The position numbers and the translations under genes are program-made. The notes below the pieces were generated by a model. The model was given only the letters and a program-made list of their open reading frames with translations. It made no database searches and was not told where the DNA came from. A DNA stretch of 64,000 nt from contig OZ193909.1 of assembly GCA_964276515.1 (NCBI GenBank), positions 5,332,001-5,396,000 on the forward strand. Direction: 5' to 3'. The first letter of the stretch is position 1. The number at the start of each line of letters is the position of its first letter. This DNA is from Gordius albopunctatus (lineage: Eukaryota). This document shows, piece by piece, positions 13,601-25,600 of the stretch.

Positions 13601-16600
13601 ATGGCTTTGGCTACTACATAAATATAAATAATCCAATCCTTTCCATAATGGAGTAGGGCAAAGATTTAACTGCACGCGATAAAAATGTAATAAAATAATT
13701 TACTACCAGAGAGTAAAATGGTTTCTTCCATAGTATTAGATTAGAGTAGCAGTTTACATGGGCGTAGCCAGCATTAAAATTAGAGGGGGGCAATAATGAT
13801 TTAGGGAGGGGCAAAATGATCATATTTTGAAAACTTAGCCATAATTTTAATAAATCTTAACAAATTTTTGAGTTTAAGGGGGGGCAGCTGCCCCTTTCTG
13901 CCCCCCCCCTTGTCTACGCCCATGGCAGTTTAAATCGTTGTGATTTTATTCTTTTATAATATAATCTGAAAATTAAAAATTTTTGATCTTGAGACAAACC
14001 AGTTAAACTAATTTATTTGAAATAAAAATTAATTTTGAAGAAATTGAAATTAGGACATTATATAAACGTACAATGAAGATTAAAGCGATGAAAAAAAATC
14101 TAGTCAAATTTATTATGGCCCAAAATTGTTTATAAGCGAATTTTTCTTTTTTCAAAGAAAATTAATTTGATAAAATTTTGGGCATGCCCGAATTGCCCGA
14201 ATCTTATCAGCGTGCCCGCCCGGGCCCACCCGAAAATTAAAATTTAAGGCAGTTGCCCAGCCCGGCAGCGGGCCGGGCAGGGCATTTCTGGTCCCTGCCC
14301 TGTTAGAATACTTCTTACGACATTGACTAAATTTTTATGAATTTTTTTCATTTGACTGTTTGACAACAATAATCGCTACTTTTCTCTATTTTTACTTTTT
14401 TTTAAAAAATAATGTTTTAATGAGGTGCTTGATTTGTTCGAGCCAAATCGGTTCAGTAGTTTTCGAGTTTGTTTTATACGTTTTGACCTTTAATAGAATG
14501 TCAATCAAACGCAACCTCATCGTGTTCTTTGAAAATTTGAATATACAGTTCTTTAATAAAAGTGTATCACTTATAGTATTTTCTAGATCGTAATGCGTGT
14601 AGGTAGTGTAGTGTGATAAATGTAGGCATGTGCTGCGGAAAATGGAAACTTTTTACGATTTTAAACATTAAATCAAAGTCATTTTTTTGCTTATTTTTCA
14701 CGCCAATTATTATAGGACGGTCATGTCCCCTCCTGCGTGGCTAAATAAATTTAAAAATCCCATTTTATCCTTTTTTGCGCGTTAAATAAGGAGAAAAATG
14801 AAAATACTTATAACAAAGTGCCAATAAATGTGGATATATCTCCGTTCTTCGGACATTATTAAGTTCAGAATTAAAAGTTTTATTCAGAAACAAATAATTA
14901 TAATAATGATATTGTTTCTTATTGTTTCTTAATTACAAAAAATTTAAAAAAATTGCTCGAAAGGCCAGGGGGCCAAAGATTTTTCTCTTGGGGGGGGCAT
15001 GGGGCCATGTTGTCTCTCTTGGGTGGGCCTGGGCCTTGGACGCTCTTTAACTATTTGTTTAAAAATTTTTGCATAATAAACACTTACCAATTATATTTTA
15101 TATATTCTTAATCTATTATACGGAAATAGAACAATAGAAGTAGAACATATAGTCATCAAACTTTATTTTTACTTCAATAACCGCTTTATCATCATATATG
15201 CCCTAAAATTCCAACATAATTTAATACAGCCCCCGGGTAAATGGCAAAACAACGTTTTACGGGTCCATCTAGTAAATAATAATAATAATAAAGGCAGGGT
15301 ATGTTGACATACGAGAGATTCGTTAAATTTTACGACATTCGAACCATGAAATCTCTGCCACCGTTGCAAGTCAAGATTGACCCCATTCTCCTCCGTTTCA
15401 TACACACCTACACGGACAGGGTTCTCGTCATGTCTCAGGTTGCTATCATTGAGACCCGTTATTTAGTGCTTATTTATGTTTAAGTTGTTTTTAAAGTTTA
15501 ACCTTTAATTTAATGCATCGTATATGAAAAATAGCTGGAAAATTGATTTTTTATTACCATGATTTCTAATTCAAGCAATTCATAGTATATATCATATGCA
15601 TATCCGTCTTTTACTAAAGTACCAAAGGTGAGGCAAGTTATATAAGATCACATAATTAATTTGACGGTTATTGGTTACTTTTGATTAGGGCTTTACTTCG
15701 TTTTAATCTCCAATTTCATGCTTCTTATCTAAAAAATTGTTGGAAAATATATTTTTTATTGTTTACCATATTTATTTAAAAGCACAGAGGTAAATTTAAG
15801 CGGCGGGACAAGCAAGTTCCAGACATCACCTAGGCTGTAAAAAATACTAAATTACTGCACGGTTTTATTGAATTTAGACGATCATTTGGATTTTTTACAA
15901 ATTTGAACTCATCTCGATGTAAAAATAGCTGCTTTTGCCCAATTTGACGTTGTTTTTGATGAAAAAAATATATTGGACGGGCCGGGTAAACTGATTTAAT
16001 CTAAAAGCTAGAACCAATGCACAGACGGGTAGCTATCAGCTGTTAGACCCAAAAGCCGCCATTAGTCCGCCCGGTTTGGTTTATAATTTTGATCCTCGAG
16101 GTGCCTTGGTATCGTGCATGGATCTCTCCTCGAACCACAAAGCCTTGGCCATAGGAGATATATCAGGTTAGTGCAGTAGTGCATAGTAGTGTTGTAAAAA
16201 CGGCTCGATTTTGGTCGATCAACGAATAACGCGATGGAATTATAGAATTTAACGAACAAACGATATTATGGGCATAGCCAGGATTGGAAATAGAGGGGGG
16301 GGCGTACAAAATGAAAATTTTTCCATTTTAGCTATAGTTATATAAAGTTATAAAAATTTATGGATTTAGAGGGGGCAACCGCCCCCGCCCCCCATGACTA
16401 CGCCCATGAGGGTTAGGGTTACCTTCTATATTTGAGGAGAGTTTAAAAGGCAACATTTTGCTTGCACAATAGTTTAGCTGGGTTCCATAACTATGGTTTG
16501 CTTTTAGAAATAAAGCTTTTTTAGATTATTTTATTGTTTATCGTTTATAGAGGATGGATTCGTTTTAGACAGTGTACGAGATCAGTTGAATTTTGACCTA

Positions 16601-19600
16601 AGTCAAAAAAATTATTTAATCAATAATAGCCTAGCTTGACCCATGGCGCTGAAATATTTATTTAGAATAGTTGCCCACATTTAGATAAGGCGGGACCTGT
16701 TCAATCCCAAATAGATTGCCATTTAAATCAAACGGTAAAATTAATGATATCATGAATTATAAAAGATTTAAATAGGATCAGCGTTTACTTTGATTGTTTT
16801 TTATAGATTATTTATGGAAGATTAATTTATTAACTTTGAATCTCTAAATTTATTTTTATCATTGATACGCGTGTAAATGTTTAATTTTCTAGTATTTCTC
16901 ATACACGAACATTATTTAGGGTGCTTGCATTTGCTCAACACCAATCAAAACGACGCCCAAGTCATGGAGGGCAGAGTTAATTTCAACGAGTTTTCGCGAC
17001 CTACCCAATTTCCAGACGTAATACCATTGTTTTCGCCATTTGCTTCGCGATGACTTTTTTGCACAATTTTTTCATATTCTTAGGATAAGTCTCATTACTA
17101 GAATTAAGAATAATTTGGGAAGTTTTTTAATTAATTTAAAATTTGTATTGCAATTGATTGCTATTATGCGTATTATATGTCTATCATATTTCAAAAGAAA
17201 AGCGCTGCTCAGTACTTTGTGCTCAAGTTTATTTCAAACGTTAAGTAGATTTAATTTTCTGTAAAAAAGGACACTTTTTAGTAGCAACGAATTAAAAAAT
17301 TTGATAATGTTGAGATTTATATAAATTTGAGCTTTGAATGCCATCTTTTTAATAAAGGTAGTGTTTTCACATAAGCGTAGTATCTTTTATCACTGCCTTA
17401 TCTCCTCTATCTAAGCACTATTGTCAGCTGCCACAGGATGACTTTTAAAATTAGAGGACAATATTAGAAGATACTAAGCTCACTTCAATATTAAAAAAAT
17501 AACTTCCATTAGTTTAAAATCTCTTATGAATCTTTTTAAAATATTTTAACGAATTAAAAAATGACATTCTAATCGAATAAAAATGATATAATTAATTGCA
17601 AATGAAAAATTTTGCACGCGCTTCCCAGAGGATGCCTCCAAATATAGTTAAAAAAGGACCATCATAAATACTTACTCTATTAATTTGTAATAAGTATCTC
17701 TTTCTAGAAAAATATTTTTGTTAGGGGGTGGGGGACTTGGAATTGACTTTAACACCTAGAATTTTTACAATTGCTTTTCAGTAAAATGGACCCTAATTCA
17801 ACTTTATTAAAAGCTTGTTAAATTTAATATTCAGGCTATTTTGAGGCATAATGGGAAGTTTTGGGGTCTCAAAAAAATTCAAAAAACTGAAGATCCCTTA
17901 CCTCCTAAATTTTTTAAAACCCACGTCCCATATGTGTTTCTACAAGGAACCCCCTTTTAACAAATTGCTACGATTGGCGTAATTATGATTTGCGATTCGC
18001 TTTAGCCCGTCGCAGTTGAGCCTTACCCTTATATCGGGATAGAGGATTATAGCGTTCCCCTTTCAACCATACCCTTCCCCGATTGCCCGGTGCACGGGGG
18101 TAGCCAAGGTTTGGCTTCGGACTGGCCCGAACAACTCGTGCAGAGATACGACAGGTTAAATGTATACCGTGTCTAGAGTTGTTAAATTGCTAACTTTCTT
18201 CAAACTCCAGACGCGAGCACGCACATTGAGTTGCTTAATATGCGCGTTAGCACAATATGTGCTCGCTTTTGGTGCACTAGGCAGAGCAGTAGCATATAAA
18301 AATGCTCGAGGGCCGAGCAGAAACTAGAGCATATGGTAGCTGGAGTTGAAGAAAGTTAGCAATATAACAACTCTAACCGTGTGTAGGGTCAAATAGACCC
18401 CAAGCTACCCCCCTCTTCCTTCAATTCACCTTTATTCATTCCAATTATCAGAATTCAGAAGCATTGATTGTAGTAATTCGAATCATTTAATTCGTAACAG
18501 TATCCGAAATAGAAGTGTCGAAGGAATAACCAAACACTTATCTGTTAAAAATTTTATGATGATCTATTAGAAAAACCTAACATAATCTTATTTTTTAGCC
18601 ACGAGTACTGGCACGTTTTCCAAACCTCTGGGTGGACTTATTTCAACTTTTTGTTTGATATATATAACTTATTTGTTGAAAACTCCTGTTTTTTTGTAAA
18701 TTTTATGATATTTATTCATTTAACCTGAGATTTTGACATTTTTTATTTTAAATTAAGATTGAAGTTTTCCATTCCAACAAAAATTTCTCTATGAGGCCGT
18801 TTCTTAACTTGAGATTTACGGCTTATTTTCATCGCAATATCAGGGTTTGACTCTGGCCCATTTTTAAACTACTAAAGTCCTAAAAATAGGGGTATTTGAT
18901 TAGAAAGAAAATTTATTTTCGGTTTATTTTTTTAATTATAGATCGAATTATAAAATTAAATATTTTTTTCGGTAGCAATATGCTTTATATGGCGGCCAGA
19001 TCATGCATGCTTCGTTTATCATTTTGCCTTTTAAAAGATAAATCTAACAATTAATAAGGCAGTTTTATCTTCGATTATTGTACACATAAACTATCGGTGA
19101 TGTTATATTAATTAAATATAGTTTAATTTCAAATTAACATTTTTTAGATTTTTCACACTTGAAATATAAATTATTTTATTCAGATAAATTTGAGCCTTTT
19201 TATAAACCTCTACATCATATTTGGTGCGCCTGATATTTCACTTATAAATGTTTATAAAATTTTTGGATTTTTTGGAATTTTATATTTCAGGAGACCCCTG
19301 CCTATAGATCCGGTGATATTGGAGAGCATGAAGATTTCACATTTCGTAGGATATGCCCCTAATCCGAGGGGCAGGATCCCCAACCTTGTTCCCTACGATT
19401 TGACCATACCACCGGAAAGCTTGGAAAAGTTAGCTTGATCATCAATAAATTATAAAATGCTAAATATATAGTTGATATGCTTCTCTAACATTTCCCTAGA
19501 TGTAATTTTCCAACGAGCAATGTTTGACGAATTTATTAAATTAAATTAAATTTAGGAAAATTTCCTTATTTATCAATATTTAATTTAAAAAAATCAAATT

Positions 19601-22600
19601 TGTTTAACATCTCTAAAAAGCAAGTTTAATTGTATTGATTAAATATAGTAATTTTCGGACTGCCTTAGTAAAATTATTTGTATTTTTCCCTTAACGCTTG
19701 AAGAGCATAAAACTGTATCTTGTTTTTGTAGGTTAAGTCGTAAAATAAAAAAACAACTTTATTTTTAATTTTGGTATAAAGTCTTATAAATTATTAGATC
19801 ATTTGTTGTATTATTGATGAAATCTAATTTCGATATTAAAATCTATTACTAGTTCAATTTGATAAATAAAATAATTAAATCTTTTTTTTATTTTACAATT
19901 AGTTTTTTTAAATTAAATTTCATCATTAGCAATACAGCGCGCTACTTGAGCGCTTTCGGAGCGCTCTTCCCTGTGGGCAATTATTCAGCGCCAGCTGTAC
20001 CCTACCACGCAGCAACATCTTCAAATAGCAGTTCGAGCGTCAATCGCTCCACGGACTCTGCTACGCTAGCGCCTGGAAAGAGCGCTACTAGTGGCGCTCC
20101 AGCGTCATCCTCGACCTCTGTTAGTTCGGTGAAAAGCACATCGAGTGTAGCGGCTTCGAGCTTGAGCGTCGGGCGCTTAGAAGCGCGCGTCGAATCGGTT
20201 ATACTGATACCTCAAATTTACCAAAAAGTAATTTTCAAACAATAATTTTGCATTGGATTTTGTGCGAAATAATGGATTACATAATTTAACTTAATAGCGT
20301 TATGTGGGAGACTATTACGTTTTTGAAAGTTTCTATCTATTTGTTATTTAGAACTGTTGAGAGAAATATATCAGAACTTCTCAAGTTTGTTTGACTGTAT
20401 TGTAAACGGGTGGGTATTTTCAGTGAAATAAGCAAGGAGGTTTACATAAAAATGATCGTTATACTTATACCGAATTTTATCATATATATAAGATCACCAG
20501 ACCTGAATTATTATTCGAATTATTTTTTTTACATATTATTAAATGCCTCTAATTCATCCGTAATATCGTCTATTCAAAATTGTTTTATTGACGGAGGAGG
20601 TTTTATAAGTAGTTTAACTAATCAGAAACTCAAGCCTATATAAAGGCATCGTTTTTAGGCCGGATGCAACAACTAAAAACACCATTTGCAATTTGACTCG
20701 TAAAAAAAATATGGGGAAAATCACAAAGTGCACAGGAATGTTAACAAATCTCAAAGAGTTGATTTATAAGTGTTGAGTGTAAAAAAGTTTTAATCCCAGT
20801 CGGTCTCGGTATCTGCTTACTACAAACGTTAAAAATTTTTTTTGTCAATTAAGATTTTTTTTATTTTGTATGTTTTGGTCTAGCAAGTTTTACAGAATGC
20901 TTGGCCTCACTCGGACAATCTCAATTTTAAAGATTATAATCCCACGCCCTTCGCCACCTTGGAATACACCTCGCCAAACAGTTATTTGAACGTCATAATA
21001 CAAGTGAGATATTGCTCCGAAAACTTGTACGGAATTATTTATCTGTAATATCGCATATTTAGAAATGTTTTAAGCCTATATAAAGGCATTGTTTTTAGGC
21101 CGGATCGAACTAAGAAGACTATTTATAATTTGCCTTAAAAAAGGTTATTTTTTGTCGGTGGGCTCTGTGTAGAAGCTTTAAGATTGAGTAAATTTATGAA
21201 GATATTTCAAATATGAGTATATTGAATTGTGTTAATAAGAAATTTAACGATCACTAATTTAAGTTTTACGACATTTTATATGTCCTCAAAATAAATTTTT
21301 AGTTGTTGATATAATTTTTAGATTTTCGATGGGTACATTTTTCCTTCGTGGCTCAATAAATATTTTGAAACGACTTAATTATGATGTATATAATTTTTGA
21401 TTTCACATGAAGCTCTATCGATTTTTCAATTAATTAATTTGTAAACATTATTTACTATCAAAACTACCCGCAGATCCTTTACTACATTCAACCCTTTCGC
21501 CTACATATATTGAACCACTTGTGCGAAAAGGAATATTGCCTTAGCTGCGAATTGGCCTTCCTGTTTCATATGATGAATATGACAACCAATAACGAACCCT
21601 GCCAAGTGAAATTTTTATAAATCTATCTCTGTATATATAAATCTTTTTAAATAAGGTTTTAACTAATTACAAATTATTGACGTTGCTTAATTTTCTCTCT
21701 ATCTTGTTTGTTATGATTGTAATTTTGTTAGTCGACCTCACTACAAAAATCTGCTGGCTAGAGTTTGAAGTTTTTTTAATTAACTATACCCCCTTGGATC
21801 ATATTATTTTCGATTTTTTATCTCCTTAAGCTGAATGCAAATTTGCAATAATAATAATAGGCTCTAAACTTTTTGCGAGCCTTCAAAAATTTGCGAGAGG
21901 CTTCGGCCTTGGGTCTCATTTTGGAAGAAAAAGACGTTTCCGTGCCCAGTGGTTCCCTGGCACCCAAAAACGACGCCAAAACACAGGGATTTGATAAGCA
22001 CGCTCTGGTGGAAAATTTTAATCGTTTCATCTATCCCCAATTGCACCAGGAATTTATGACTTCGGTTAACATTAATAACGATACCCGAGATGTCGCGCCT
22101 CTCGACGACAATAACGATGACGAGTAAGGGCTTGTCTTAATATCGGATTCAGATTCAAATTGTGCGAATTTATCTTTGCCTAAATATCCTATTCAATTTC
22201 ATGGGTCAAAATCAATTGTTATTAATTTTTTGCAAAGTTGTAAAATATTTAAATTTTTATTTCAACACTATGGATTAAATCCAAACTTTGCACATACCTA
22301 ATAATTTAAAAACCATGCAACATTTAAGTTTACGAAAAATTGCATCTTACAAAATCGCTGTTATGTTATGCGTCTGAAATGTAAATCTGCTGTGAATCGG
22401 AAGTTAAGACACGGCTATGTTATACATCTTAGGGCTTGTCTTAATATCGGATTCAGATTCATATCGCGCGAATTTAACTTTGTCTAAATATCCGATTCAA
22501 TTTCATGAGTCAAACACGGTGTTTTTTTGTTTATTTCAAGTCTTGAGATTTAATCTAAACTTTACTGATACCTTAAAATTTTAAAACATAAAACATTTAA

Positions 22601-25600
22601 GCCTAGGAAAAATCTTGCATCCTACAAAATCGCTGTTATGTTATGCGTCTAAAAACGAAATCTGATGTAAATCGGATATTTAGACACGGCTATGTTAAAA
22701 CACGTATGACGATTTTTGCTGCGCGTTAAAATTCGATATTAAGACAAGCCCTTACGACGATTTTTGCTGCGCAGCCAAATCCGAGATTAAGACAAGCCCT
22801 AAAATATATTTGCAGCCGCTGTCCTAAGCATAGTTTAGATCAGTGGAGTCTTAAAGGGTCAAAATTTTACCCGTGCGTTTTCACTTAAAATTGGACTTGA
22901 AGCTAAAATATTTAGCTAGGAAATATTTTTCCGGCATCAGAGCTTCCTAACTTTAAGTATTATTATAGGTTTTATTTTGAATTCTAACCCTAAACCCGAT
23001 CCTGACATAATTTTGATAAGGAACTTGATATAGATATTTATGAGAAATTAGGAATTAGGGCGAATTCCTTTTTATCAAATTAAATTGTGGTATATCTGTA
23101 TCCTCCTTTTTAAAATTAAACTAAATGAAATTTATGTTTAATTCGACCAAAAGCTCCTTACTAAACCATTTCTATTAACTAAAACAAAAAGCTGACCAAA
23201 GCTTTTACAGTTTAGCAGCAGTCAGGAGGCACAGGTGCTGTATCTTTTAACGCGTGATTTTTTTATTACCTTTTATACCATTTTTTATAACGCGGCGGCA
23301 TAACTATTAAAAGTATTTATTCGAGTTTTTCAAATTTTTCTACGATATCACTTCAACAAAGAATCATATATAATGTTAATAAGGCCGGCTGCCGATGAAT
23401 CAAGCGCGACCCGGAGCCCTATTCAAGATATTTTTATGTCGGAAGTGTGCGAAAGCTTGAAATGTGCCTCGTGCAAGGGGGAATTCTTCAAGATCGCTTC
23501 TGTCTATTCTTTCCCCCTAAAATATCCTAAAGGTTTTTGAAAACTCAAAATTATGAGCTTTTACAGTTTTGTTGATTCAAAAACGATATTTAATTTTCCG
23601 CCAAAAACATATGAAAATGATTGGTTGACCGAAGACACGGTCGTCCAAGCCGAAATATACATTTGATTGGCGACCTTAACCCAACCTTTTGTAATAAAAA
23701 GGTTAAATTTTAGTTTTAGATTTGGTTTTAACGTGGTTATATAGACTAATAATACAATAGACTGGATAATACCCGATAATAACTGAGTAAGGGTGTAGCA
23801 TATCAAACTAAACGCTTTTTATTCTGTTAAGTATATAAATGTTTATCTTATATATGGAAAGATAATCCTTTACTGTTCTCATTATTTTTTCCTTTTTCAT
23901 TTATTCATTGCATCTCACATATTTCAAAAACCTCATGCAAAATGCGGACTAAGTTAATTAATAATTTTCAATACGAAAGCTGTTCGCCAGTTTTAGTAAT
24001 AATGCCTTTGATCAGATGAAACCAAACCTTAACATATGAATTAGTTACTTTTTTGCGCGTTACATCTAATGACCTCAATATAATATGAAATTAAAAAATT
24101 ACAGAGTTCGATATAACTAGTGATTTTTAATTTGTTAATGTGTATGTGTATGATGACTAGATTTCGCCAGCAAAGATGGGAAGACTTACGGCAGCGATGA
24201 GAAATATATAGGGTTTGGGGAATTCGTTAGACGCAGCATGTTATTTTCGCAAAATACCAGGGCGTTTTGCGAAGTTTGTAAACGGTTCCAGTATATGGTA
24301 TGTTTTTAATTTTTACACTTTACATTTTTCAATGGGCAAAAAAAATTAATCATTTAATTTACCCCAAAAATTTATCTGTTTTAACCATAAATTTAAAGAT
24401 AAAATGCTATAAGTCTTTTAAATTACTACGAAGATTCCATTAACTTATAATTTTAGCATTGAGTGGGTGAGTCTGGGGTCTATCTGACCCCAACCTTCAA
24501 ATCTAATACGATATTTATTGAAACCTTGAGTGAAAAATTTGCTCAATTGAGCCGATTCGCTACATGTTTAGAAATTTGATTTAAAGATCGTTAAATCCAA
24601 AATAGACCTCACGGCGTATTAAAATTTAAAGTTGTATTTTAATATATTTGATAAAAATTTCAATCAACTAACTTTGTCATTATCATGGATTCCCAATAGA
24701 TTTCAACCTGCAAAATCACGACGACAATGTTAATGTGTTATTTTTACCGTCCTTATTAGTGTTGCACCCTTTTTCTCGTAGAATACAAAACATTTGATGT
24801 GACATTTTGTCAATATTCTTCATTTTGCATCCATATTTGTTACTTGTGAATAAAATTATCGAAGAAAAGATAGGCAGTCGAGATTTAATAACATACGCAT
24901 AGCTTAATACCAACAACATCCCCAACTATTTGAGCAATCCACCGCAAATTTTTACGATAAATAAATTGCATAATAAATTTTAAAAATTCTTGAAACGACC
25001 TTAAATATAAGTGTGATATCTAGTGGGAAATTTCGTTTTTCCTTTGCACGGGTACAGGAGCAAAGCAAGGGGATAACGAAGTTGCCGCAAGTCCTGATTT
25101 TCAATTGTCAGACGCAGGAAGAAGAAAAACGGGTTTTTTGGGGCACACAACAAGAAGGGTTTGTTCAACGGCAAGCCGCCTCCAAAATGGCTCGGGCTCG
25201 GGGTTCTCTTAACGGGAACCGAGATCATGGAGAAATGGGGGCAGGTGAAATGAAGGCAAATCTTAATTCCACACCCGCTTGTAGGTATGTATGAGGTGGT
25301 AGTAGGCACATATTTTGCCCATGACAGAGCGAGGTCCGAGTTCTATTTAAGTAACCTTTTTGCAGGTGCACCAATATTGACTCCGTGATGATTCTATCCC
25401 GCAATCATACCAATGCTTTTGATAGAGAATTTTGCGCTGAATAATTATAAGTATGTTTTTAATTTTTTTCCCCAAACTTCCAATTTTAGTAAACGAGGTT
25501 GGACCTGCGAAATGGGCTTTTATTCAACCTTGTGCCATTTTTTTAATTTATACCGAAAAAGATTGATAATAAATTCCCGTAGATTAAATTTTCTTTTATG

